A DNA stretch of 52,115 bases from a virus (IMGVR_UViG_3300020045_004852:1-52115); one strand, 5' to 3'. Counted from the first letter of the stretch, positions 1 to 8,105 are shown. Numbers and translations: made by a program. The notes: generated by a model not told the origin, from the sequence alone.

Positions 1-121
1 ATCTGGGCGGAATCGCCCGAGCTGCCAATCTGGGCGGAATAGCCCGAGCTGCCAATCCGGGCGGAATCGCCCGAGCTGCCAATCCGGGCGGAATAGCCCG
101 AGCTGCCAATCCGGGCGGAAT
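1..121. repeat. Terminal direct repeat (circularisation overlap) identical to 51995-52115
   Basis: The order of variant 27-bp units at 1-121 matches the last units of the window, and joining them restores an 831-nt ORF. Confidence 0.85.
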
Positions 122-148
122 AGCCCGAGCTGCCAATCCGGGCGGAAT
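1..148 (-). repeat. 27-bp tandem repeat (left part), encoding SA(R/Q)IGSSG(D/Y)
   Basis: Unit atc(c/t)gggcggaat(a/c)gcccgagctgcca, seen directly. Confidence 0.97.
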
Positions 149-491
149 ATTCTCCGCCGTCGTTCGTCGCAGACGCGACCTCGGACGGATACTCAAGACT
201 CAAAGACTCAACTTTCAGCACCGTGGTCTCAGCAATGATCTCCAAGGCAGATGCTTTGGAGTCGGCGGTGATGTCGGCCACGGCAGTTGGCGTTTTCATG
301 ATGACGTTAACCCAGACCTTTTCTGTCAGCCAGCGGGCGTCATCAAAGCGCTGATCCTGGCGCAGTGCTTTTTGCACAGTTGTGAACTCAGCGCCCTGAG
401 GGAATTTTGCGATGAACCATTTGTAACCACTGGAGCACGGGCTCCAGGGCTTGAGCAGGTCTTTGGTGATTTTGAGTGGGGTATATGTCAT
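1..491 (-). CDS. 5' part of a 276-aa Gly/Ser-repeat phage protein that wraps the origin (continues to 51655)
   Basis: ATG at 491 after AGGAAG; reads MTYTPLKITKDLLKPWSPCSSGYKWF...GGEYSARIGSSG and is open to the window edge. Not in the ORF track because it is split. Confidence 0.9.
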   Translation of the reverse strand, partial: MTYTPLKITKDLLKPWSPCSSGYKWFIAKFPQGAEFTTVQKALRQDQRFDDARWLTEKVWVNVIMKTPTAVADITADSKASALEIIAETTVLKVESLSLEYPSEVASATNDGGEYSARIGSSGYSARIGSSGYSARIGSSGDSARIGSSGYSAQIGSSGDSAQ

Positions 492-545
492 GCTACTTCC
501 TGTTGATTGAGGTTTAAGTGTACCGCATTCCTTAAATCAGACGTG

Positions 546-570
546 AAAAAGCCCGCACACTGGCGGGCCT
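546..570 (-). terminator. Rho-independent terminator of the leftward early operon
   Basis: gcccgc/gcgggc stem with an A5 run (U-tract on the minus strand) just past the stop at 589. Confidence 0.8.
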
Positions 571-588
571 CGACTACGCGCTGACGGC

Positions 589-1032
589 TCAGACTGTTTT
601 CAGCCAGCGGTCAGGGATCGGCGGCGCGGGGCGTTCATCGGCCAGCTCCAGCACGGTCTCTTGGTAAATCTGCACACTTCCATCATGCTCACCGCTTTCC
701 ACTGCCCAGCCCTTCGGCGTTTTGCTGGTGCTGTACTCGCCGACGATGATCCCATGCCACTCGCTTGCGCCCTTGGTTTTATACACCCGGTCGCCGCGCT
801 TGAACTTTGCGCGACTGGCTGGCGGCTTTGGCGCGGCGGCTATGGCGGCCCCGTACCGCGCATCAAATTCGAGGTCGAACGCAAATTGTTCAGACCTTGG
901 GCATAGGCGCGCTGGAGTACAGCTTTTCCACGTCACACAGCGGCGGGCAAGCATCGTGCCGGGTGTACGTCTCCAGCCCATTATGCACTTGGCCTGTGGC
1001 CACCAGATAAACTGGCGCCACCGTGGGCGCAA
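589..1032 (-). CDS. DfrB / R67-type dihydrofolate reductase-like SH3 domain (true start uncertain; possibly a frameshifted C-terminal domain of 890-1780)
   Basis: FKRGDRVYKTKGASEWHGIIVGEYSTSKTPKGWAVESGEHDGSVQIY closely parallels the R67 DHFR core, including VQIY. Confidence 0.8.
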   Translation of the reverse strand: MRPRWRQFIWWPQAKCIMGWRRTPGTMLARRCVTWKSCTPARLCPRSEQFAFDLEFDARYGAAIAAAPKPPASRAKFKRGDRVYKTKGASEWHGIIVGEYSTSKTPKGWAVESGEHDGSVQIYQETVLELADERPAPPIPDRWLKTV

Positions 1033-1780
1033 TCAGCGCAGACACGCCGCCAACACCCACGGCTTCGAGTTGACAGTCCAATTGTTTTACCTGATTTGTC
1101 AAAATGGAAATCACCTCGATCTGAGTTGCAAGGCGAGACTCCACGAAATCCTGAACTTCGTCGCATGTCGCTGGAACAAAGTCGTACTGCTCTGCGCTGG
1201 CACTCCAAATCACATTACCAACTCGCGGATGCTGACCTTTTGCGTATGGGGATGGTAATTCCTTGGCATACGCAAACACCACCTCCCCTTTGCTTGTCTT
1301 GTCCTTCCATCCGTCGCCATTGATCTTGCCTATGCCCTTTAAAATTTGCGGGCCGATTCCACCCGCGCCCACGGCTTCAAGCTGGCGCTCCAGTTGCTCA
1401 ACCTGCGCCGTCAGCAGTGCGTTTGCAGCGCGCTCTGATTGCAGCGTTACCACAGCTTCATCGCGCAGCTGGTCTATATCAACTTGTCGCGCCTCTCGCC
1501 GCTCTTTCGTGTCCAGCAGCAGCTCGTAAGCGGCAGCCTGGTGCTCCAGCACTGCAATGCGCCCGGTCAGCACCGCATTATCGCCACTGCACGCTTTTAG
1601 CTGTTGCGCGCTCAATCCGCCGATACGCGCCAGCCCTTCTAATTCCTCGATGCGGTCAGACATTGCGCGGGCGTGGGTTTCGAGCGCCAGGCGTCGCACA
1701 GAGAGCGAGTCACACTCAGGCCCGGCGTATTCATCAGCCAGCCGCATCAGCTCAGCCACGGGGTCTTTTTCTTTGGTCAT
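890..1780 (-). CDS. Mosaic coiled-coil early protein (Ead/Ea22-like region)
   Basis: 296-aa ORF, ATGA-coupled to the upstream ORF, with a duplicated QLEAVG.GG module. Confidence 0.8.
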   Translation of the reverse strand: MTKEKDPVAELMRLADEYAGPECDSLSVRRLALETHARAMSDRIEELEGLARIGGLSAQQLKACSGDNAVLTGRIAVLEHQAAAYELLLDTKERREARQVDIDQLRDEAVVTLQSERAANALLTAQVEQLERQLEAVGAGGIGPQILKGIGKINGDGWKDKTSKGEVVFAYAKELPSPYAKGQHPRVGNVIWSASAEQYDFVPATCDEVQDFVESRLATQIEVISILTNQVKQLDCQLEAVGVGGVSALIAPTVAPVYLVATGQVHNGLETYTRHDACPPLCDVEKLYSSAPMPKV

Positions 1781-1962
1781 GGGGTTTCCTTTTTGGCTTG
1801 TTCAGCCTGTTCGGTTTTGAAATTGTTGTGATCGCGCTGCACCAGTTCGGCCAACTCAACCACCGTGCGGGCCTGATCTACAGCATTACGCAGGATTTCC
1901 AGTGCTGCGTTTCTGGTGCAGCCTTTTGAGTACCGCATGGGGTCGTTGTTATCCCACTCCAT
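1777..1962 (-). CDS. Hypothetical protein (MEWDNNDPMRY...)
   Basis: Its stop overlaps the next ATG (ATGA); it also overlaps the end of the upstream ORF. Confidence 0.5.
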   Translation of the reverse strand: MEWDNNDPMRYSKGCTRNAALEILRNAVDQARTVVELAELVQRDHNNFKTEQAEQAKKETP

Positions 1963-2612
1963 GCGCACGGCGCCTGTGCTTCGGGCGGTTGAACGATGGC
2001 GCCGCCGCGCTGGTGAAGCATCATGGCGAAGTTGCCCACATCCACCGGGTCGCCCTTCTCGACGTGCTCGCGCAGCATCCGCGACAGGTCGGCGGCGGTG
2101 CATTGCAGTGGGTCACTCCAGCCGCTGCGGCCTTTAGCGCGGGCACTGGCCATCTTGGCCTTCATGGCGGTTGCGAAGCGGTCAACGGCCGCATCGTCGC
2201 TGTGCTGCTGGGGTAGCGCTTCGCGGTCTTCGATTGCTTTGGGCTGGTATTTGATGGACTCTACCGGCATAGCTGCATCGCCATCCACCACGCCACGCCG
2301 CGCCCGGTCGGCAGCAATCACGGCGCGGGCGAAGTGCAGACCATCATCCTCGAAATAAGCTCCACTCCCGCCATCAATCAAAAATTTACGGGCGACTTCA
2401 GAAATCTGGTTGTCGGTTAACTCGCTGCCCACACCACCCTCGGCAAACACCCGTGGCACACGGCTCACAGCAATCAGCGCCCGCGCCCCGGCATAGACAT
2501 ACGGCTTGAGGTCGTCCATGCCGGGCTTGATCGTATAGCCACAGCCCAGCAGAATGGCGCGTATGTCGGCGTCTGTTAGTTCGCCAGTTGGTGTTTCATT
2601 TTTTTCATTCAT
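1878..2612 (-). CDS. Mosaic early protein with a C-terminal helical domain, possibly MazG-like
   Basis: HSDDAAVDRFATAMKAKM...GRSGW...HVEKGDPVDVGNFAMML is a common phage domain; ATG at 2612 follows a purine-rich RBS. Confidence 0.75.
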   Translation of the reverse strand: MNEKNETPTGELTDADIRAILLGCGYTIKPGMDDLKPYVYAGARALIAVSRVPRVFAEGGVGSELTDNQISEVARKFLIDGGSGAYFEDDGLHFARAVIAADRARRGVVDGDAAMPVESIKYQPKAIEDREALPQQHSDDAAVDRFATAMKAKMASARAKGRSGWSDPLQCTAADLSRMLREHVEKGDPVDVGNFAMMLHQRGGAIVQPPEAQAPCAWSGITTTPCGTQKAAPETQHWKSCVML

Positions 2613-2653
2613 GGTTTTCTCTCTGCCCGCACATGGCGGGCTGGGTTGATTAT

Positions 2654-2944
2654 TTAATCCTGCACAGTCGAATGCGCCCGCGCCCATTCGATCATCATGC
2701 GCCCCGCATCCGCCCGCGTCCGGGCTGTGTTGTTGATGCGCTCGAATGCGTCTCCAGCATCGGCGACCGGCGGCATTGCCTGGGTAGCGCTGTCGCGGAT
2801 GGCCTCTTTGAGCGCAGCGCGCATGGCTGATACGGCGCCACAAAAGTCGCAATGCCTGAGTGCGCTGCCGGATGCCTGCATGATGGCCTCAAGGTGTCGA
2901 TCAAGCACAGCTTCTTCAGCCGTTGGTTTATTTTGCACTTTCAC
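2654..2944 (-). CDS. Hypothetical protein
   Basis: GTG start after AGGAGA; co-oriented in the operon. Confidence 0.65.
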   Translation of the reverse strand: MKVQNKPTAEEAVLDRHLEAIMQASGSALRHCDFCGAVSAMRAALKEAIRDSATQAMPPVADAGDAFERINNTARTRADAGRMMIEWARAHSTVQD

Positions 2945-2974
2945 TTTCTTCTCCTGTCGATGGTTTAAATACGG

Positions 2975-3361
2975 TTACGGGACATAATGCCATTTTACCC
3001 GCTTATCGTCGGCGCAGGTGGAATAATTTTTAACTGGTTTAGCTTTTGGCTCTGCGATTTTTTTCGGCTTTTTCTCGCTGGGCTTTACCGGAACACACAC
3101 ATTCCACGGTTTAGCCTTTTTCTGCTTTTTCGCTTTGACCTCTGGCGGCTGCGCTTTAAACGCATCGGCAGCTGCCTGGCTTGAAAAATACCGACTTGGC
3201 ACTTGTTTATCTCCAGACGGCAGCTTGATGACTTCACCGCTTTTCAGCAGCTTTTGCAGCACCGATCCACCGTTGCTTGATGACATAACAACGCCTTCAG
3301 GACGCTCCGCCAGCTTCAGAATTTCCGCGTATCGTGGTGATTTTTTCACTTCACACTCCAT
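2975..3361 (-). CDS. Hypothetical basic protein, possible winged helix
   Basis: 128-aa ORF in the operon with a Lys-rich C-terminus. Confidence 0.65.
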   Translation of the reverse strand: MECEVKKSPRYAEILKLAERPEGVVMSSSNGGSVLQKLLKSGEVIKLPSGDKQVPSRYFSSQAAADAFKAQPPEVKAKKQKKAKPWNVCVPVKPSEKKPKKIAEPKAKPVKNYSTCADDKRVKWHYVP

Positions 3362-3654
3362 CCGTAAATAAAAGTTAATCCGCCTGTTTTTGAGTTTTTG
3401 AACTCAAATAATTTGTGCCAGCCTGCTTTTTTCAGAACCCGCTGCTGGTGCTCATTTGCACCATCAACTGTGCAAGTCGCAAAGTCGTAGCCCTCGCACT
3501 TCAATTGCCGGTTTTGATCGGCCTTGAGCTGGTGTGCCAGACCTTGCCCGCGCCGGTCGTGTCGAATGAAAAACCCGTGGCAGTGTGCGATCTGCGGCTG
3601 GCCAGGTATTGGGGTTATTTCGTAGGCGCCGTAGCCGGTGGAATAGCGGGTCAT
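3346..3654 (-). CDS. GNAT family N-acetyltransferase
   Basis: FFIRHDRRGQGLA acetyl-CoA motif A and N...QRVLKKAGW motif B. Confidence 0.8.
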   Translation of the reverse strand: MTRYSTGYGAYEITPIPGQPQIAHCHGFFIRHDRRGQGLAHQLKADQNRQLKCEGYDFATCTVDGANEHQQRVLKKAGWHKLFEFKNSKTGGLTFIYGWSVK

Positions 3655-3935
3655 TTTTCAATCGCAGATTCAACAGCCGAAAGCGCAGCCTTGTGCTCGA
3701 CTTGCTCACATAATCCGTCTGGCTCAAATTCATTCATGCACAGCAATGCGTGACGCAGCGCGTCACGACTAACAATGCAAAGTTCGTGGCGGTGCAACAT
3801 GGCTTTGACAGAAATGATGGCGCTGTTAATTGGGGCTGGCAGCTTTTCCAGCTCATCGGCCATGCGCAGGGCTTCTGCGGCCTGGGTTTGCAGCTCTTGC
3901 GCGTGATGGCGCAGTTGGTTTATTGTGATGCTCAT
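3651..3935 (-). CDS. Hypothetical protein
   Basis: GGAGA RBS; ATGA overlap with the next gene. Confidence 0.7.
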   Translation of the reverse strand: MSITINQLRHHAQELQTQAAEALRMADELEKLPAPINSAIISVKAMLHRHELCIVSRDALRHALLCMNEFEPDGLCEQVEHKAALSAVESAIEK

Positions 3936-3977
3936 GATTTCTCCAGTTGGCGCCCGACTGGCGGGCGCTAGGGTTTA

Positions 3978-4697
3978 TTAAAAAGTATGCTCGTCTGCTA
4001 TCTGTTGCATGATGGCTGCAAGGTAATTATTTGCAGCCTCGCATTTGCGTTTGATCTTTTCCTCCAACGCCTTGTCGCGCTGATATTGCACCAGGGTAAT
4101 ACGCAATTCCGGCTGAATATGGCTGACGCTATGCAGTATGGGATCGTCCCACCCAATCAATTCCTCTGGCGTGTCAATGAGGCAGTAAGCCAACTCAGCA
4201 AGATCAACATCCCACAGCATCATATAAGCGCGAAGCTGCCACTCATACCCCTTGTCGCGCCCTTGATTTGCTGTGACCGGGAATGTGGATAGCGACCAAG
4301 CTGCTTTTATGTCTGTTATTTTCTGCGGCGTTGCAATATCACACTCGCCTGTAATCCATTCATTTGTTTTTCGCTCTTTGTTTTTTGAATGGCTTGTAAA
4401 CATCACACTGTTATAAAGCTCTATGGCAGCACCCTCAACCTGAATGCCTTTATCCATGTATTTTCCAGTTACGATCTCTTCGTAACCGTAGATGGTTTGC
4501 TTTGCGATTTTCTCAACGCAAGTTTTTGCACCAGCCGACAGCGACAAATCCCAAAATGGCGCCAACTCCAGTTTATCACTGTCGGTCTTGACCTTCTTTT
4601 TGCTAATAACCAGAAGCTCCGGCGTCAGCAGTGATGCATCGATGCTAACCGGGTCAGTCATGATTTCCGAAAGGGATGATGCGCGAAATTTATGCAT
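3978..4697 (-). CDS. YqaJ / lambda-exonuclease-like recombination nuclease
   Basis: FRASSLSEIM, KGIQVE, ITGECD, DIKAAW and YEWQLRAYM are PD-(D/E)xK viral recombinase-exonuclease motifs. Confidence 0.85.
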   Translation of the reverse strand: MHKFRASSLSEIMTDPVSIDASLLTPELLVISKKKVKTDSDKLELAPFWDLSLSAGAKTCVEKIAKQTIYGYEEIVTGKYMDKGIQVEGAAIELYNSVMFTSHSKNKERKTNEWITGECDIATPQKITDIKAAWSLSTFPVTANQGRDKGYEWQLRAYMMLWDVDLAELAYCLIDTPEELIGWDDPILHSVSHIQPELRITLVQYQRDKALEEKIKRKCEAANNYLAAIMQQIADEHTF

Positions 4698-5271
4698 TTT
4701 GAGTCTCAATTTTCTGGTTTTCTAGGTCGCCATGCGGCCCGATGCCTTCGCACTCTGCCGAGGTACTTTCTTTTGCCTGTAGATCGACCTCAACCTCTTG
4801 CAATGCGTAATCCACAGCCGCATCCTGTTCAGCAGACAGGGAGAAATCTTTGCGCAGTCGCTCTGCTGTAAACGTGCCTGCTTTGATGGATGCAAGCGCC
4901 TTTTTAAATCGGTCTGCGGCTATTTGTGGGGCAACGCGCTTTGCAACTACTGGGCGAATTCGCAGACATTCCACGGTATCTCCAGCTAGGCGCGTTGTTG
5001 TTGCAAACAAAGTAATTGGACATCCCGCCCAGTCCTCGATAAACGGGCCGTACAGCTTGGCGATGGTTTTTGAGTTTGTGGCATTCAAGATGAATGGCTT
5101 TACGCCATTTTTCAGGTGCGCTACGCTGCACTCTTCTTTTTTTCCACCCGTTCCGGTGATTACTTCGCGAACAACGTAATCAATCACGACTGTCACATCT
5201 TGGCCTTGCGGAATGAAATACGCCCCGATGTAATCGGGGTTCATCAGAACTTTCCAGTGTGTTTTGCTCAT
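4690..5271 (-). CDS. Putative recombination partner (ssDNA-binding or annealing protein)
   Basis: THWK...YIGAY...KPFILNATNSKTIAKLYG..IEDWAG..ITL is a phage family I associate with this exonuclease; function inferred from position. Confidence 0.65.
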   Translation of the reverse strand: MSKTHWKVLMNPDYIGAYFIPQGQDVTVVIDYVVREVITGTGGKKEECSVAHLKNGVKPFILNATNSKTIAKLYGPFIEDWAGCPITLFATTTRLAGDTVECLRIRPVVAKRVAPQIAADRFKKALASIKAGTFTAERLRKDFSLSAEQDAAVDYALQEVEVDLQAKESTSAECEGIGPHGDLENQKIETQNA

Positions 5272-5455
5272 GCTTTTTCTCCAGTGGTTAAAAACTAAAC
5301 CAAACCGGCATAACCGGCTTGCTTTATTTCTCAAAAACTCATCGCTTTTAAAATCAGCCGACCGATGAATCGACCGATGCGGCGCGACAGCGTTGGGTGC
5401 TGCGCCGTTAGCAGCAGGGTTTGCAGGCGGGTCATATCGCCGAGGTGATCGTGAT

Positions 5456-5953
5456 TCACGACATCACCTCTTTCAGCGCTTCCTCTTCGATGCAAATCTC
5501 ATGCCCCTTGCCGACCAGCGTATCCAGCACGTTGACGCCGCCGTGATATGCGGCAACCAAAGACACGCTGGCTGGTTCTGCCGGGTCTGTTTCAGTTGCT
5601 GGAAGTGCCGCCGTGTACTCCAGGTGACAAACCAGCCGCGTCGCTGCGCTTGCGCCAGCTTCTGAGCCCCAGGTGCTTGTGCCTGCGCAGTATTCGTATT
5701 CGATCATGCCTGCCGGGCAGCGTGGCGCGTTGAATTTTGCCAGTGCGACTTTGAGCTTCTCAATCTCAGCCATCGCCGTCTTGAGGCTTTCCGACAGCAC
5801 AGCCTCGCGGCTTTCGGCTGGCTTTTCGCACTCAGCGGCAAATGCGTCACGAGCACGCACAAATTGCATGCAATAGCGCGGCGGCGTGTCGTGGATTCCC
5901 ACGTTCAGCAGCGCGTAAATTTCAAGCGCGAGGGTTTCGCTGATGGTTTTCAT
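5456..5953 (-). CDS. Hypothetical protein
   Basis: 165-aa ORF co-oriented with the early operon. Confidence 0.7.
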   Translation of the reverse strand: MKTISETLALEIYALLNVGIHDTPPRYCMQFVRARDAFAAECEKPAESREAVLSESLKTAMAEIEKLKVALAKFNAPRCPAGMIEYEYCAGTSTWGSEAGASAATRLVCHLEYTAALPATETDPAEPASVSLVAAYHGGVNVLDTLVGKGHEICIEEEALKEVMS

Positions 5954-6001
5954 TTTGATTCCAATTTGATTTTTAAAACCCCGCTTGCGCAGGGTTGGCT
6001 A

Positions 6002-6292
6002 CTAGTGAGATGCCCTTTTTCCTTTTTCAAAAAAAATTGATCCGCAGCCGCATGGCGATGGCGGGCGTATTTCGTCAGTGGATTCATGCCTTTTTTTGCA
6101 TGAACTACAAACCCATGCATTACTAATCATCCCTCCGGACGCCAGAATTTTATCTGGTTCGCCAAGTCGAGCTTTTATGTAAAGTTGAGCATTTTCAGTT
6201 TTTAGCTGAGTAAGCTCAGCTTCTATCTGAAGAATGCGCTCATCGCGCCTTTCAAGTTGAGCCTCAAGCTCCTTTTCTCTCAAAATTCCCAT
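6002..6292 (-). CDS. Coiled-coil protein with a C-terminal Cys4 zinc ribbon
   Basis: AGGAGG RBS; CSSC...CGC motifs; first gene after the leftward promoter. Confidence 0.75.
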   Translation of the reverse strand: MGILREKELEAQLERRDERILQIEAELTQLKTENAQLYIKARLGEPDKILASGGMISNAWVCSSCKKRHESTDEIRPPSPCGCGSIFFEKGKRASH

Positions 6293-6339
6293 TTCGACCT
6301 CCTAGTGTTGATGCCGTCTGATTTGTTCGCGGCATGGAT

Positions 6340-6431
6340 GCTAGTGTAAACGATTTTTCGTGCCGCATCAAGATAAATTGAGATTTTTCAAATTTATCTT
6401 GAGTTTTCCGAGAATGCGCTACAATCGCACC
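6340..6431. promoter_or_regulatory. Divergent early promoters around a 12-bp inverted repeat (putative operator)
   Basis: Leftward TTGATG-N17-TACACT; rightward -10 TACAAT at 6420-6425; TCAAGATAAATT-N11-AATTTATCTTGA at 6368-6402. Confidence 0.7.
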
Positions 6432-6698
6432 ATGAAAAACACAAATCAACTCACGAAAAAAGAGGCTTACGCGCTGTTCGGCGGCGCCGAAGCCGTCTCA
6501 GTCGCGCTTGGCTACACGACTGCAGCCACTGCTCACAACTGGCCACCCGTGCTGTCGCTTGGAGTCAGCGACCGCGTGCGTGGCGCGGCGTGGCGACTGG
6601 GACTGATCGCTGACCCGGTGCCGCAGCGGGCGCCAGCACCACGCACCCAGGCGCCGCGCCGTCGGTGGCCGTTGCGCGGCGGCGGGCGGGCGGCATGA
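6432..6698 (+). CDS. Cro-like HTH regulator, probably leaderless
   Basis: LTKKEAYALFGGAEAVSVALGYTTAATAHNWP resembles Cro/YdaS; the ATG lies 7 nt after the -10 box. Confidence 0.75.
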   Translation: MKNTNQLTKKEAYALFGGAEAVSVALGYTTAATAHNWPPVLSLGVSDRVRGAAWRLGLIADPVPQRAPAPRTQAPRRRWPLRGGGRAA

Positions 6699-7942
6699 CA
6701 TGGACATTCATACCATCGAAATTTGCGCCGGCGTCGGAATGCTTGGTGAAGGACTGCGAGCCGGGCTCGATTACATGGGCCACACGAATCGCACCATTGC
6801 ATACCTTGAGCGGGAAGCATACGCAGCCAGCGTCTTGGTTGCGCGCATGGAAGACGGCTCCTTGGATGGTGCGCCTGTCTGGCCCGATTTACTCACCTTC
6901 GACGGTCAACCGTGGCGTGGAGTTGTGGATTGCATCGCTGCGGGATTCCCGTGCCAAGACTTATCACTCGCTGGAAAGCGGGCCGGGCTCGACGGCGCCC
7001 GCTCTGGTCTGTTTTTCAACATCCTCGACATTGCCGACGATTGCGGTGCGCGATACCTCTTTTTGGAGAACGTCGCAGGCATCGCTTCTGCCACCGCCTC
7101 CGTTGTGGACGAAGCCGAAGGCGCTCTCGAAGAACGCGCAGCCGCCCGCGTCCTGGGAGAACTGGCCGACCGGGGGTGGGATGCGGAATGGCTCACTCTT
7201 TCCGCATCCGACGTGGGTGCCAGCCACGGGCGGGCGCGGTGGTTCTGCTGGGCCTGGCGACAACTGGAGAACACCAAAGGCCACGGAAGACCAAAACGAC
7301 AGGATGACGGACGAGGCAATGTTGCGGGAAAGTGTGCGCCCTGGGGCGCAGGTGACGCTGGCAATGAATGCCCGGCTATGGACAACCCCGGACGTGTGCA
7401 GCGGCGCGCGGGACATGAGCAAGATCGATCCAGCATTGCAGAAGCGGGCGAACACAAAGCGCACGACGGGACTACCGACGGAGGTGTTGAACTGGGCGAC
7501 ACCAGACTGCAACACCAGTACCTACAGCAACGGCAAGATGGGGTCGAATATCAGGGAGCAGGCGAGCGCATGGCCGACGCCGAGCGCGTCGGTAGCGAAC
7601 GATGGCGAGACGCCGGAAACGTGGCACGCACGGGCAGCGACATTGAAGGCGAAGCACGGGAATGGCAACGGCGCAGGCCTGCCGCTGACGGTGGCGACTG
7701 CACAATGGGGCTTTTCGCACCAGGCCCAGCAGACAACCGATGGCCCGGAATCCTCGCCAGCCAGCCCCACCTCACCCCAGCACTCAGCAAAGAGGCTGAA
7801 TCCATACTTTGCGGAGCGCCTGATGGGCTGGCCCGAGGACTGGACTTCAGCCACCGAGCGCAGCGCCTCAAATGCGTGGGAAATGGAGTTGTGGCGCTCC
7901 AAGCTGCGACAGCAGTTGTGCAGCTTTTTCGAAGAGCCATGA
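6695..7942 (+). CDS. Alternative-frame C5-methyltransferase subunit (WxTP repeats plus motif IX-like segment), 415 aa
   Basis: ATG overlaps the Cro stop (ATGA); four WxTP modules; RLNPYFAERLMGWPEDWT resembles motif IX. Confidence 0.7.
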   Translation: MTWTFIPSKFAPASECLVKDCEPGSITWATRIAPLHTLSGKHTQPASWLRAWKTAPWMVRLSGPIYSPSTVNRGVELWIASLRDSRAKTYHSLESGPGSTAPALVCFSTSSTLPTIAVRDTSFWRTSQASLLPPPPLWTKPKALSKNAQPPASWENWPTGGGMRNGSLFPHPTWVPATGGRGGSAGPGDNWRTPKATEDQNDRMTDEAMLRESVRPGAQVTLAMNARLWTTPDVCSGARDMSKIDPALQKRANTKRTTGLPTEVLNWATPDCNTSTYSNGKMGSNIREQASAWPTPSASVANDGETPETWHARAATLKAKHGNGNGAGLPLTVATAQWGFSHQAQQTTDGPESSPASPTSPQHSAKRLNPYFAERLMGWPEDWTSATERSASNAWEMELWRSKLRQQLCSFFEEP

Positions 7943-7947
7943 AATGA
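6700..7947 (+). CDS. DNA (cytosine-5)-methyltransferase catalytic polypeptide, 415 aa
   Basis: Motif I ICAGVG, IV GFPCQDLS, VI LENV, VIII HGRARW, X RLKCVGNGVV. Confidence 0.92.
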   Translation: MDIHTIEICAGVGMLGEGLRAGLDYMGHTNRTIAYLEREAYAASVLVARMEDGSLDGAPVWPDLLTFDGQPWRGVVDCIAAGFPCQDLSLAGKRAGLDGARSGLFFNILDIADDCGARYLFLENVAGIASATASVVDEAEGALEERAAARVLGELADRGWDAEWLTLSASDVGASHGRARWFCWAWRQLENTKGHGRPKRQDDGRGNVAGKCAPWGAGDAGNECPAMDNPGRVQRRAGHEQDRSSIAEAGEHKAHDGTTDGGVELGDTRLQHQYLQQRQDGVEYQGAGERMADAERVGSERWRDAGNVARTGSDIEGEAREWQRRRPAADGGDCTMGLFAPGPADNRWPGILASQPHLTPALSKEAESILCGAPDGLARGLDFSHRAQRLKCVGNGVVALQAATAVVQLFRRAMK

Positions 7948-8105
7948 CCAGACCCAAAAAGACCGACGCCGAAAAGCGCGCCGACGCCAAAGCCAAACTG
8001 CTGGAGTCGCTTAATCGCAAGCCCAGCCCGTTCAACATCGAGCTGGCACCGCGTGACACGGCAAAGCAGCACAAATTCACCAGCGGGATTTTCCGCAGCA
8101 ACTGA
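7944..8105 (+). CDS. Small basic protein (MTRPKKTDAEKR...)
   Basis: ATG overlaps the MTase stop (ATGA) and the ORF ends 3 nt before the next gene. Confidence 0.65.
   Translation: MTRPKKTDAEKRADAKAKLLESLNRKPSPFNIELAPRDTAKQHKFTSGIFRSN

Noticed and set aside
1-148. 27-bp terminal repeats as a CRISPR array or as true phage terminal repeats
   Set aside because: The units abut with no spacers and lie in frame inside a CDS; the 121-bp end identity is best explained as assembly overlap of a circle.
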